Positions 8,278 to 17,507 of a DNA stretch of 46,153 nucleotides are shown piece by piece (position 1 is the stretch's first letter; each line of letters opens with the position of its first letter). The stretch is from a virus. The notes beneath the pieces are model-generated. The model was not told where the DNA came from. It worked only from the letters and a program-made list of their open reading frames with translations, and searched no databases. Location of the stretch: UHGV virus genome UHGV-0219331, one strand, 5' to 3'. Made by a program: the position numbers and the translations under genes.

Positions 8278-9531
8278 ATGGCACTAATTCAATGTCCAGA
8301 ATGCGAGGGTAAGGTTAGTGACCGCGCCTCCTCCTGCCCACACTGCGGATTCCCGCTCAATACAACCGCTGCCCCTGCTCCTGCCCCAAAGCGTGGGCGC
8401 CCCAAAAAGCAGGAAGAGCCAGCGTTTCGGCTGCCAAATGGGTATGGAACCATCAGAAGATTAACAGGGAACCGTAGAAAGCCATACGTTGCCCTGGTAA
8501 ACCCTACACAGGTATTCAACGATGAAAAGGGAACCTCCCATTACAAATATGACCTGCTTGGGACCTTTGCGGAAAAAATAGATGCATATAATGCAGTCAT
8601 GCAGTATCACAAGAGTCCTGGAGGGCTGAACAGCAACATAACTGTCAAGGACCTATTTAATAAATGGGTTGAGCATCATATGCAGGTAAATAACTATCCT
8701 GATTCCATGCGGAAAAAATATGAAATGGAGTTTGCCTACTTGTCTCCTTTATACAAAATCAGGGTCCTGGATACCAGCCCGGCTACACTGAAAGAAGCAA
8801 TCGAGAATGCATCCAAAATTGGAACCCGTGGAAAAACCAAAGGACAGGTTGTTGCTGCCACGCCAAATATGAAAAGCAATATCAAAGGCCTACTGAATAT
8901 GATGTATGACCACGCCATATTTCTCCGCATCCTTACAGTAAACTATGCACGCACCTTTGAACTCAAATTCGATATCGTTCGCCGCGAGGGCCGCCCTTAC
9001 ACGCAGGCCGAAAGGGATATCCTATGGAGACATTCCGGAACCCTCTTTATAGACATGACCCTGGTGCAGTTCTATTCCGGCTGGCGCCCCAACGAGGTAC
9101 TTAACATCGGGATAGATAATGTGGACCTGCAAAACCGTACATTTACCAGTGGTTCCAAGACAGAAGCTGGAATCAACCGGACCATTCCCATACATTCAAA
9201 AATCATTCCTATAGTAGAGCATTACTACAAGGAGGCACATGATATAGGACGCAATGTACTATTTGGTCGTACAAGCCCACATAATGGCCAATATACTTAT
9301 ACAGACAATTCGTTCCGGTATGGCCTATTCAAAGACTTCGAGGAATTAGGAATCAAGGACCATGTGTTGCACGATGGCAGACATACATTTTCGACTATGG
9401 CAAAAGAAAATGGGGTAGATGACTTTGCCAGGAAAAAATTTATGGGACATAACATTTCAGACCTGACAGACCGGGTATATACACATTTAGATTTGGAGTG
9501 GTTCCGGACGGAGATAGAAAAGATAAAGTAG
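8278..9531 (+). CDS. int: Tyrosine integrase with N-terminal zinc-ribbon and AT-hook-like (GRPKK) segment
   Basis: Catalytic HDGRHTF...VYTHL (HxxR, Tyr). N-terminus MALIQCPECEGKVSDRASSCPHCGFP is paralogous to the 7376 product. Start ATG at 8278 chosen because the upstream ORF extension is not conserved. Confidence 0.8.
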   Translation: MALIQCPECEGKVSDRASSCPHCGFPLNTTAAPAPAPKRGRPKKQEEPAFRLPNGYGTIRRLTGNRRKPYVALVNPTQVFNDEKGTSHYKYDLLGTFAEKIDAYNAVMQYHKSPGGLNSNITVKDLFNKWVEHHMQVNNYPDSMRKKYEMEFAYLSPLYKIRVLDTSPATLKEAIENASKIGTRGKTKGQVVAATPNMKSNIKGLLNMMYDHAIFLRILTVNYARTFELKFDIVRREGRPYTQAERDILWRHSGTLFIDMTLVQFYSGWRPNEVLNIGIDNVDLQNRTFTSGSKTEAGINRTIPIHSKIIPIVEHYYKEAHDIGRNVLFGRTSPHNGQYTYTDNSFRYGLFKDFEELGIKDHVLHDGRHTFSTMAKENGVDDFARKKFMGHNISDLTDRVYTHLDLEWFRTEIEKIK

Positions 9532-9785
9532 TGTTGATTATTGTGTTGATTATTATGTTATTATTTATGGCCTTGCTTTCACTTTTGATAAAATACATCC
9601 TATCACAAAATAACGTATTTACAGTGTTCTCTCCATTTGACCAGATATTTCCCCCGCATTCACACTATGTTCATATTTCATATAAATGCTGTAAAAACGT
9701 AATGTAATCTTCGCATGTTTATTATTGTGTTATTACACAACTGCATTTTTATAATATTGTATTTTATTAATAGCAGCCCAGCATT

Positions 9786-9860
9786 CGAACGTTTGTTCTT
9801 ATCCCTATTGCATTCTCTATAGTTCTGTGCTAATATGAAAACATGCAGAACGTTTGTTCT
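9786..9860 (+). promoter_or_regulatory. recA SOS promoter: two Cheo-type LexA boxes (CGAACgtttGTTCt at 9786-9799, aGAACgtttGTTCt at 9847-9860) flanking sigma-A TTGCAT-17-TAATAT (9808-9836)
   Basis: Exact matches to the Firmicutes LexA box consensus GAAC-N4-GTTC, read directly from sequence. Confidence 0.8.
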
Positions 9861-9881
9861 TTTTCGAAAGGAGTTTACATT

Positions 9882-10895
9882 ATGGAGAATAGTTCAGACA
9901 AAATGGAAGCAATTGAAGATGCAATTGCAAAAATTGAAAAAGCATTTGGAAAAGGTACATTAATGAAATTAGGGGAATGTTCGCGTATGAACGTAGAAAC
10001 CTTCTCTTCCGGTTCTCTCGGCCTTGATATGGCATTAGGATGCGGCGGTGTTCCTAAAGGCAGGATTATAGAAGTCTATGGACCGGAGTCATCCGGTAAG
10101 ACCACGGTTGCCCTGCACATGGTTGCCGAGGTACAGAAGAGGGGCGGGATTGCAGGCTTCATCGATGCAGAGCATGCCTTTGACCCAGTATATGCCAGGA
10201 ATATCGGCGTGGATATTGACAACCTGTACATATCACAGCCAGATAATGGGGAGCAGGCTTTAGACATAGCAGAGAGACTAATATTATCCGGAGCCATGGA
10301 TATTATCATTATCGATTCAGTGGCTGCATTGGTTCCAAAGTCAGAAATCGATGGGGAAATGGGAGATGCCCACGTAGGTCTGCAGGCCAGGCTGATGTCG
10401 CAGGCACTCAGAAAATTGACTGCCATATTAAGCAGAAGTAATTGCACTATTGTATTCATTAATCAGCTCCGTGAAAAAGTAGCCACAAATTTCAGTGGTG
10501 GAAATAACGAGGTAACCACAGGGGGTAAGGCCCTTAAGTTCTATGCTTCTGTTCGGCTTGATATACGTAAGCAGAATATTCTGAAGCAAGGCACTGATAT
10601 TGTTGGGAACCATGTTAAGGTACGTGTAGTAAAAAACAAGGTGGCGCCCCCGTTTAAAGAAGCTGAATTTGATATTTTATTTGGGGAAGGAATTTCAAAG
10701 GAAAGTGAATTGCTCGAGATAGGTGTAAAACTGGGAATCATCGATAAGAGCGGATCATGGTACTCCTACGGTCAAACAAAATTGGGACAAGGCTCCGATA
10801 ATGTCCGGTTATTTTTAAAAGCTGATTCCGCGCTTGCAAACGAAATACAGGAACATATCGTTAATATGGATGCTGACAAAAAGAAATTAGCATAA
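9882..10895 (+). CDS. recA: Recombinase A
   Basis: Walker [11 protein letters not shown]1/L2 loops and the full RecA fold over ~338 aa. Start at MENSSD... after AAGGAG. Host-type SOS regulation. Confidence 0.95.
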   Translation: MENSSDKMEAIEDAIAKIEKAFGKGTLMKLGECSRMNVETFSSGSLGLDMALGCGGVPKGRIIEVYGPESSGKTTVALHMVAEVQKRGGIAGFIDAEHAFDPVYARNIGVDIDNLYISQPDNGEQALDIAERLILSGAMDIIIIDSVAALVPKSEIDGEMGDAHVGLQARLMSQALRKLTAILSRSNCTIVFINQLREKVATNFSGGNNEVTTGGKALKFYASVRLDIRKQNILKQGTDIVGNHVKVRVVKNKVAPPFKEAEFDILFGEGISKESELLEIGVKLGIIDKSGSWYSYGQTKLGQGSDNVRLFLKADSALANEIQEHIVNMDADKKKLA

Positions 10896-10913
10896 TTAGG
10901 AAGGGGCCATCTT

Positions 10914-11123
10914 ATGGGTAACATGTACAATGATAATGACCAAATAGATAGTTTGGGAATAATACTTAATGCAGTGGTTCCCATAGCCGCTAAACTGAGA
11001 AGAGGTGAGGAAGCAACTGGTCAATGTCCTCGCTGTGGGAAAACTATGCGTGTATCTAAAAGTGGATACAATGGACATGTCTGGGCGGTCTGTGAAAAAT
11101 GTGGCGTATTAATATGTTCATAA
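10914..11123 (+). CDS. Small zinc-ribbon protein downstream of recA
   Basis: CPRCGK...CEKCG, 69 aa. Shares recA's terminator. Confidence 0.4.
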   Translation: MGNMYNDNDQIDSLGIILNAVVPIAAKLRRGEEATGQCPRCGKTMRVSKSGYNGHVWAVCEKCGVLICS

Positions 11124-11133
11124 TATAATATAG

Positions 11134-11172
11134 GCGGGTCCGTTTAATCCGGATCCCGCCACTTTTTATCCT
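11134..11172. terminator. Bidirectional rho-independent terminator (GGCGGGTCCG-loop-CGGATCCCGCC followed by a T-run)
   Basis: 10-bp GC-rich stem with one bulge. T-rich tracts on both strands. Sits between the recA operon and the convergent integrase. Confidence 0.6.
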
Positions 11173-12083
11173 GCATCACGCTTATTTAAAAAATCAACAG
11201 CAATCTGCTGCATGCCTGGAGCAATATGTGTATATCGCATTGTCATATTGATATCCGAATGTCCAGCCCGGTATTGAATAACCGGAAGTGGCAAACCAGC
11301 ATCAACCAGCTCTGTTATGTGTGTATGGCGCAAATCGTGGAATCTCCCGCTTTCAATCCCTACTTTATTAAGCGTTTTGCGAAAGTATTTGACTGTATAC
11401 CACGGATTCATTTCTTTTCCGTATTTATCTTCAAATACCCATTCGCAAGTAGCCTTTACTTTCCTTTTCAAAAACATCTCTTCTATCTTTTTGTCAAACA
11501 TTATAGTTCTTTGAGAAGTTCTTGATTTTGGGCCATTAATAAAATATTCGTGCGGAGAAATTGCCACAATCGTTTGGTTGACTGTAAGTGATTTAAATTC
11601 AAAATCTATATCACTCCATTGCAGTCCAAAAATCTCCTCTTTCCGCATACCTGTATGATATGACAAGAGAATCATATCACCTAACCATTTAGGTCTTGCG
11701 GCTTCTATCATTACTTTTACTTCTCTCGGCGTGTAAACATAGTATTTTTTACTTGGGACACGCTTAAGCCTTTTTACCAAATCCATCGGATTATTTCTGA
11801 TAATCCCTTTGTTTTTAGCATATGTAAAGACGCCATTCAGAATTTCCAAGGCTTTATTGATTGAGTTGGCGCACAAAGGGCCTCCAGTCAAATGATTCCC
11901 GTGCTCCAATTCTTCTTGTATATATAAGTTGATATCGACATCAGTTATAGCATCAATATCCTTATCATCAAAATATGGTACAATGTGACATCGGATAGTC
12001 TCTGATTTGCGATAGAGTGTTATTTCTCGTTTATCAAAGACTTGTCCCGTCCACCATTGCTCCCTAACTTCCATAAATTTCAT
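11166..12083 (-). CDS. int: Tyrosine integrase (phage integrase family)
   Basis: C-terminal HDLRHTHITEL...GHSDINMTMRYTHI gives the R/HxxR/Y catalytic set. N-terminal SAM-like domain. Confidence 0.85.
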   Translation of the reverse strand: MKFMEVREQWWTGQVFDKREITLYRKSETIRCHIVPYFDDKDIDAITDVDINLYIQEELEHGNHLTGGPLCANSINKALEILNGVFTYAKNKGIIRNNPMDLVKRLKRVPSKKYYVYTPREVKVMIEAARPKWLGDMILLSYHTGMRKEEIFGLQWSDIDFEFKSLTVNQTIVAISPHEYFINGPKSRTSQRTIMFDKKIEEMFLKRKVKATCEWVFEDKYGKEMNPWYTVKYFRKTLNKVGIESGRFHDLRHTHITELVDAGLPLPVIQYRAGHSDINMTMRYTHIAPGMQQIAVDFLNKRDAG

Positions 12084-12180
12084 TATTTGCCTCCTTGATT
12101 CATTCAGGCGGCCATGTTATAATATAGCCGCCTGGTAACGGGTAGCGGTTGCAGTGTACTTTGGTCGGTCATGCAGCCGC

Positions 12181-12459
12181 TTAATCTATTATAGTCCATC
12201 CAGCCTTCGTAAGTACCCTGATAGCATCATCGACATACCCTTTTTCATTTCCATACTCCGCATGCAGATTCTGGATGGTCTGTGATTTGTAGATTTTCCA
12301 GTTGTTTTCTGAAACGAATACATCCAACCAAATATCCCCATCTTCTGTGTCAATCATAATTTGGTAGCAACGACCGAAATCCTGACGGCACCAGTCTTTT
12401 GCCTCGGCGTATTTCTTCTTAATGTTCTGCATTATTTTCTTTCTACTAATTTGTTTCAT
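12181..12459 (-). CDS. Hypothetical protein
   Basis: 92-aa ORF in the moron region. Confidence 0.35.
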   Translation of the reverse strand: MKQISRKKIMQNIKKKYAEAKDWCRQDFGRCYQIMIDTEDGDIWLDVFVSENNWKIYKSQTIQNLHAEYGNEKGYVDDAIRVLTKAGWTIID

Positions 12460-12505
12460 ATTATCCTCTCTTTCCCCCTGCCATTACCCGGACGGGTACG
12501 GGTGA

Positions 12506-12748
12506 TTACCGATACCTTTTAAATAATTGATGATATTCAGATACCATCCTGTCCATTACTTTAATATCATTTTGGACAATTGCCCTTTCTAACACCTTAA
12601 TATCTGCCTCAATTTTATCTATGTCACAATCCTTGTCATCATAGTAATAATCGTCAGCTTTATTTTGCAGCTTACAAAGCAAAGTATCCGCATCATCAGT
12701 CACATAATATTTGATTCCGTTTACCATCCGATGTGCATTCATAAACAT
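12506..12748 (-). CDS. Hypothetical protein
   Basis: 80-aa ORF, acidic. Confidence 0.35.
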   Translation of the reverse strand: MFMNAHRMVNGIKYYVTDDADTLLCKLQNKADDYYYDDKDCDIDKIEADIKVLERAIVQNDIKVMDRMVSEYHQLFKRYR

Positions 12749-12783
12749 CCTTTCTGCCCTCGTTACCTCCGGGGCGGGTGAAT

Positions 12784-12984
12784 TTAACGATATTTTTCCA
12801 AGATTTCGCCGTCTAATGCTTTAATGATTTGATTTGCGTACCCATCAAACCACTGCACCCAAAGATGAACTTTCTCCTTTGTATCATCGTCCAGTATTAG
12901 ACCACAGGTCTCCATGGTAGCAAGTCCTTTTATTTCTTCAGCAGCTTCTCGTATCTGGGCTATCTGCCCATTCTTCATATACAT
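12784..12984 (-). CDS. Hypothetical protein
   Basis: 66-aa ORF. Confidence 0.3.
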   Translation of the reverse strand: MYMKNGQIAQIREAAEEIKGLATMETCGLILDDDTKEKVHLWVQWFDGYANQIIKALDGEILEKYR

Positions 12985-13023
12985 AGTATCTAATCCTCCT
13001 CTTCCTCATCCCTTCCACAGGTT

Positions 13024-13413
13024 TTATCTGCCGATGTACTGTCTGTTGGCTGCGTCTACATCGTCATACTTACCAACAACATACTGGTTAGTTACTAAAT
13101 CTACGTAACCGCATTTATAGGAGCCTTTGCTACGGCCATTTGCGGTGAAGCAGTTAATGGTGAGGTATGCCCTCTTTGCCCCTCCTTTTTCCCACACGTT
13201 TACGTTAACCTTGCGGTCAACGCCCGCGTTGATGTGGTAATCACCATAAGCCATGTCTTCCAGCGCTGCCTTTAATGCATCAACCATATTTTCCGCCATG
13301 CCCTTCGCTTCCTTCCATGCCTGGGTGAGCGCTGCGCTCATTCCCATGGCTACTTTCTTGACCAGTTCCCATGCCCTTTTCATGATGCTTGATAAGTTAT
13401 ATTTTTTCATTTT
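13024..13413 (-). CDS. Hypothetical protein, divergent from the XRE regulator
   Basis: Start at MKKYNLSS after GGAGGaaaacaaaATG. 129 aa. Confidence 0.4.
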   Translation of the reverse strand, partial: KMKKYNLSSIMKRAWELVKKVAMGMSAALTQAWKEAKGMAENMVDALKAALEDMAYGDYHINAGVDRKVNVNVWEKGGAKRAYLTINCFTANGRSKGSYKCGYVDLVTNQYVVGKYDDVDAANRQYIGR

Positions 13414-13444
13414 GTTTTCCTCCGTTCCTTTGATAACTATAGTA

Positions 13445-13866
13445 TACATCTTTATGTATCATTTTACTATATGAAAAATACACAAAGATGTACTTTATTT
13501 TCAGTGAAAATACACAAAGATGTATTAATTTGCATAATTGACAATATGTACATAATGATGTAATATTAGAATGAGAAGGAGGTGCAAGATGCCAGAACGA
13601 AGAAATTTTTATGATGGATCCATATCATACGAAAGATTATGGGAAACCATGAGAAAAAGGGGACTTAAGAAACAGGACCTTAAGGGAAGTCAATTTAATC
13701 TGTCACCAACATTGGTCAATAAACTTGCCAAAAATGAAAATGTGGCAGTGGATACAATCATGTACTTATGTGACAAATTAGGCTGTCAACCATGCGACAT
13801 ATTGGAGTATAAAAAATAGTACATTATTATGTATTTTTTTATTGACAATAAGTACATAAAGATGTA
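13445..13866. promoter_or_regulatory. Operator/promoter cluster: five copies of palindrome TACAy-N4-ATGTA (13445-13458, 13479-13492, 13511-13524, 13820-13833, 13853-13866) overlapping two consensus sigma-A promoters (TTGACA-17-TAATAT 13538-13566; TTGACA-17-TATAAT 13842-13870)
   Basis: Read directly from sequence. The promoters have perfect -35 and 17-nt spacers. Confidence 0.65.
13589..13819 (+). CDS. XRE/Cro-C1-type HTH transcriptional regulator
   Basis: GLKKQDLKGSQFNLSPTLVNKLAKNENVAVDTIMYLCDKLGCQPCDILEY is a DUF739/XRE HTH. RBS AAGGAGGtgcaagATG. Flanked by the palindromic operators. Confidence 0.65.
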   Translation: MPERRNFYDGSISYERLWETMRKRGLKKQDLKGSQFNLSPTLVNKLAKNENVAVDTIMYLCDKLGCQPCDILEYKK

Positions 13867-13920
13867 TAATAAGAATAGTTAAGGAAGGCAAGGTCCTTAA
13901 CGAATATAAGGAGAGAGGAA

Positions 13921-14076
13921 CATGGATGAGAACATGACAGACAAACAATATGACGGTATCCTACAAATGATTGGAATGATTTTAGATGGCTGCAAAGACT
14001 TAGAGGAAGCAAAACAGAAAATCACAGAACTTAGGGAAGGAAAAAAAGAAAAGCCTACAGAATAAGCTTTAGGGAA
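13921..14076 (+). CDS. Small hypothetical protein (51 aa)
   Basis: AGGAGAGAGGaacATG RBS after the second consensus promoter. Not in the ORF track because it is under 60 aa. Confidence 0.3.
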
Positions 14077-14165
14077 TCGGAAAAGGGGAGGGCGGGCTTG
14101 CCACCGCTCCCCCAATCCAATATCAGTATAACAGATGACAGAATGAAAATCAACGGGGGAAGATT

Positions 14166-14396
14166 ATGTATAAAAAAAGACCTGACTATGACTGCGCCAT
14201 AATTGGTCTGTTAACCGTCAGCGGAGTGGAGTATGGTAACTTGGGTTACGCGAGTGACCTGTATTATTGTCAAGGAGAGGAGTCACTTTACAAGGCGGGA
14301 CGGCTGGCAAAAAATATGCCAGAAGAAAAAGGACAGGAACTTATTGCTTTTATCAAAAAAAGCAATAATGAAATGGAAATGAGTTGCCGCGCTTGA
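14166..14396 (+). CDS. Hypothetical protein
   Basis: 76 aa. Followed by a small hairpin plus T6 terminator at 14437-14458. Confidence 0.35.
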   Translation: MYKKRPDYDCAIIGLLTVSGVEYGNLGYASDLYYCQGEESLYKAGRLAKNMPEEKGQELIAFIKKSNNEMEMSCRA

Positions 14397-14466
14397 ATGG
14401 AGACGTCGAATTTTAGATGAGTTTGAAGGCAGACTACCGGATTGACCGGGAAGCCCGCCTTTTTTA

Positions 14467-15309
14467 TTACGCCGCCAGCCCCGGCCAGCGCAACGCCCCA
14501 TCCTTATCCGGCGTCAGTGTCACAGGCTCCGTGGACATCTTACCGTCCGGCATCAGGTAATAGTAGTTGCCTCCACCGGCCTGCAGTCCCTGGACCATAG
14601 CCCCGTCCGCACCCAGGTAGTACCAGTCACCCTTGTACTGATACCAGGTGTCGGTGACCATGTGTCCCGCGCCGTCAAACCAGTACCACTTGCCATCCGT
14701 ATCCAGGTACCAGCTGTTGCGGACCGGCTCCCCGGTATTGCCCAAATAAAAGCTCCAGGCACCGTCCGCATCCTGCTCCCAGCCGGATTTCCTTGGCTGC
14801 TCCGGCTCCTGGATTACATCATCCTGTATGTATCTACGCACACACACCAGCCCCTTACGCCATCCTCCGGACGCCCAGGAATTGTACCGACTCTTACAGT
14901 AGGCCACCAGGTCCTTATAGGACGGCCTGCCGGAACCGTGTCCGCAGATGATGCCATCGCCACAGTACATCTCCACATGGCCTATCCTGAGTGGCCTGGA
15001 AGCATCCGTGCCTGCAAACAGCAGCATGTCCCCCGGCCGGAGCCTGGACGTATCCGGGATGCCCTGGGCTATGTCCGCATCCACCGTGGTCAGCTTGGCT
15101 GAGTTGTACATCCCAGCCGTATTGGTGATGCCGAAGTCCTGGCCCGCCTCCTTGTAGGCATAGCAGATGGAACTGCTGCAGTCACTGTAGTAGTTGCCAT
15201 CCCTGTATGTCTTATAGCAGTAGTCCCTCAGGGACTGGCTGTATATGTTGCGGCCTATAATCTCTGCGTACTTATCAATTACGGCCTGTCTCCTTAATAA
15301 TGCTGTCAT
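14467..15309 (-). CDS. Endolysin: NlpC/P60-family peptidase plus C-terminal cell-wall-binding (choline-binding-like) repeats
   Basis: Cys/His motif (SDCSSSICYAYKEAG ... GHVEMYC) and YW-rich repeats (WYLDTDGKWYWFDGAGHMV...). Start moved to ATG 15309 (GGAGGAaagatATG). The track's TTG start at 15378 lies inside the 16-bp palindrome. Confidence 0.8.
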   Translation of the reverse strand: MTALLRRQAVIDKYAEIIGRNIYSQSLRDYCYKTYRDGNYYSDCSSSICYAYKEAGQDFGITNTAGMYNSAKLTTVDADIAQGIPDTSRLRPGDMLLFAGTDASRPLRIGHVEMYCGDGIICGHGSGRPSYKDLVAYCKSRYNSWASGGWRKGLVCVRRYIQDDVIQEPEQPRKSGWEQDADGAWSFYLGNTGEPVRNSWYLDTDGKWYWFDGAGHMVTDTWYQYKGDWYYLGADGAMVQGLQAGGGNYYYLMPDGKMSTEPVTLTPDKDGALRWPGLAA

Positions 15310-15378
15310 ATCTTTCCTCCAATCAAAATAAGGCCCAGGGATATCCCCAGGCCTGCCTACATCGTTGCGATATCGCAA

Positions 15379-15603
15379 CTAATCCCGGACAATATTCCCG
15401 GATGCATCCACATGCCAACCGGATGCGATCACAAACTTCCCGGTATCATCGTGATAGTCAATCCCGTGGTCCGGGCCATCATACTGGGATTTAAGGGTGT
15501 CGTATTCAGGCGTTCCCTTGGCAGCCGCAATCTTTGCCTCCAGGTCAGGAATCTCTGCAATGTTAACAGGTTTCCATGGTTCATTCGGTAATGGATAATT
15601 CAT
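15379..15603 (-). CDS. Hypothetical protein between holin and endolysin
   Basis: 74 aa. RBS AAGCGAGGtacacaATG. Confidence 0.4.
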   Translation of the reverse strand: MNYPLPNEPWKPVNIAEIPDLEAKIAAAKGTPEYDTLKSQYDGPDHGIDYHDDTGKFVIASGWHVDASGNIVRD

Positions 15604-15648
15604 TGTGTACCTCGCTTTCTTGGTTGATTAATAGTTACGAGCATTATA

Positions 15649-15909
15649 TTACTGCTGACCCTCTATCATCTGTTTAAATGCCTGGTGCAGGCCTGTACTT
15701 GCAAGACCGCTAAAGGCCCCGGCCAGAATGATATCCGGACTTACACCGCCCATAATCCAAATGTTAAGCGCCGCTCCCAGTAGGGCCACCAGGGTTGGGA
15801 TGTACTTGTTATCCAGGTCCTTCACCCACTTCTTGGTTATGTATCCGGTCACCAGGCAGATTCCTACAATGACTGCCACCGTGTAGTTACTCAAAAACGA
15901 TAAATCCAT
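15649..15909 (-). CDS. Holin (phi-LC3/LLH-like, two TM)
   Basis: 86 aa with two hydrophobic helices and a charged C-terminus, upstream of the endolysin. Confidence 0.7.
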   Translation of the reverse strand: MDLSFLSNYTVAVIVGICLVTGYITKKWVKDLDNKYIPTLVALLGAALNIWIMGGVSPDIILAGAFSGLASTGLHQAFKQMIEGQQ

Positions 15910-15950
15910 AATCCATTCCTCTCTTTCTACTTGTTCTATGCTAAGTTTTA

Positions 15951-16325
15951 TTAATACAAATTCTTAAGTGCCTGCTCATGAAGGAAATCCTTTTGCTCAT
16001 GCTTGATTGTCTGTGCATACTCCAGTGCAGCATGCATATCTCCGTTGCAGTGTGCGTCAGGAATCCGCTGGACAGCACGAGCCGTTGCTTCCCCCAGAGC
16101 AATTGAAGCGCTTACACTTTTAATGATGTATAGTTCATTCTTCTCGCGCGTGGCTTCGCGCTCATCAAGAAGCTGCTGCCTTGCCTCACGCTCTGTTTTG
16201 TCTTTTTCATCGCGTTTGTTTATTTCCCGTTGTATTAGCCAGAAACAGAACCCCGTGATTGCTGATGGTATGCACATGGCACCAACAAGCGCTGCGATAC
16301 TGACACTTATATCCATGATTATCAT
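15951..16325 (-). CDS. N-terminal TM plus coiled-coil protein (XhlA/XkdX-like lysis accessory?)
   Basis: TM at residues 5-30, then a charged ER-rich coil. Confidence 0.4.
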   Translation of the reverse strand: MIIMDISVSIAALVGAMCIPSAITGFCFWLIQREINKRDEKDKTEREARQQLLDEREATREKNELYIIKSVSASIALGEATARAVQRIPDAHCNGDMHAALEYAQTIKHEQKDFLHEQALKNLY

Positions 16326-16339
16326 ATCCTTTCTTAGGT

Positions 16340-16786
16340 TTATCCATTAGGCCTGCGCCGTGTAATGCCTACATTATAACGCGGCCGCTCCGCGCCCCAC
16401 CACCAATACCGCAGCCAGTCATCCAGCACTATCCCGGCCAATGACACCGGCAACCAGAGCAGGCAGTATTGTGGGCATATCTGCCCCAGGACGTTGCCCG
16501 GAAGGCCGCTGTAGTCCCATACCCCCCAACCCAGCCACAGGTTGACGATGCACCCGGTCAGGAACTCCAGCGCCGTCACGATGCAGGCGCCGGTTAGTAT
16601 CTGCTGCCACAGGGGCATGTCCCAGGGCAGTACCTCATTGATTAGTCCCAACACCACGAAACAGATGCCGCCCAGAAGGAACATCGTCCAATGGCTCCTG
16701 CCGCGCCAGGCCATCTCCAGGATTATGTACAACAGCCCTCCGGTAGCCAGCAGGGCTGTATACTTGTTAATCCTTCGGTATCTCAT
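16340..16786 (-). CDS. Polytopic membrane protein (4 predicted TM)
   Basis: Start at MRYRRINKY after AGGAGGggcagaagATG. The track's N-extension was rejected. Confidence 0.5.
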   Translation of the reverse strand: MRYRRINKYTALLATGGLLYIILEMAWRGRSHWTMFLLGGICFVVLGLINEVLPWDMPLWQQILTGACIVTALEFLTGCIVNLWLGWGVWDYSGLPGNVLGQICPQYCLLWLPVSLAGIVLDDWLRYWWWGAERPRYNVGITRRRPNG

Positions 16787-17507
16787 CTTCTGCCCCTCCT
16801 GCCATAGCAGCAATCTCCACCAGATACGCCTGCAGTACATCGGACTGATACTGCTCCGGCACATCGGCGCCGTAGAATATCTCGGCCACCTCATCCGTGG
16901 TCTGGCAGCCAGCAATCCACATGTTAAGTGCATTACAGTACGTGGTGTGATAGGACACATGCCACATGGCCGCCTGGATAATGGCCTGCATGTCTGCCGC
17001 GCTGTAATACCTGCAGGGCTGCCCATCGGCGTGGTACTCCAGCTGCGTTGCCCCGGCAGTTATCTGGCTCAGCTTGCCGAACAGGTTAAGCTGGTCCTCG
17101 ATGGTCAGCGCATAATGCTCCACGCTGCCATCAGCCAACGCCACGTTGATACCGGCATAGATAAGCCGCTCACACTCCGCTGCCACCTCTCGGCGCTTGC
17201 CTACCTGCAGCTCCTCAAGTGTCGGGACATAAGGCTCCGGAGGCTCCCCTGGTCCATCCGGCGTCTCAGGCACCTGATACACGCTGCCATCATTGGACAG
17301 GTACACGGTCTGGCCATCGTCCCGATATACCGTGTCATACCCGGTCAGGGTTGCTGCCTCCGTGCCATCCTCGGTGTAGATGGCGATGTCTCCCCAGGAG
17401 ATGGGCACGGGGCCGGCAAACACAATCTGCATGACATTGGGAGACATGGGGCGGATACCCTTAATCTCATACAGCGGCTCATCCTTTCCTATTCTGATTT
17501 TTTCCAT
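16767..17507 (-). CDS. DUF4376/XkdW-like tail-fibre-associated protein
   Basis: Conserved AAECERLIYAGINVALADGSVEHYALTIEDQLNLFGK region. Follows the fibre module. Confidence 0.5.
   Translation of the reverse strand: MEKIRIGKDEPLYEIKGIRPMSPNVMQIVFAGPVPISWGDIAIYTEDGTEAATLTGYDTVYRDDGQTVYLSNDGSVYQVPETPDGPGEPPEPYVPTLEELQVGKRREVAAECERLIYAGINVALADGSVEHYALTIEDQLNLFGKLSQITAGATQLEYHADGQPCRYYSAADMQAIIQAAMWHVSYHTTYCNALNMWIAGCQTTDEVAEIFYGADVPEQYQSDVLQAYLVEIAAMAGGAEDEIPKD

Noticed and set aside
9498-9707. 69-aa ORF after the integrase
   Set aside because: It lies in the AT-rich putative att region, overlaps the integrase stop and is hydrophobic low-complexity. It is likely non-coding.
9843-9881. Longer recA start ([17 protein letters not shown]...)
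   Set aside because: The upstream ATG lies inside the -10/LexA-box region. The canonical start MENSSD is preceded by AAGGAG.
15310-15378. TTG-initiated N-terminal extension of the endolysin
   Set aside because: A strong GGAGGA RBS precedes ATG 15309. The extension would start inside the GTTGCGATATCGCAAC palindrome, which is more plausibly regulatory.
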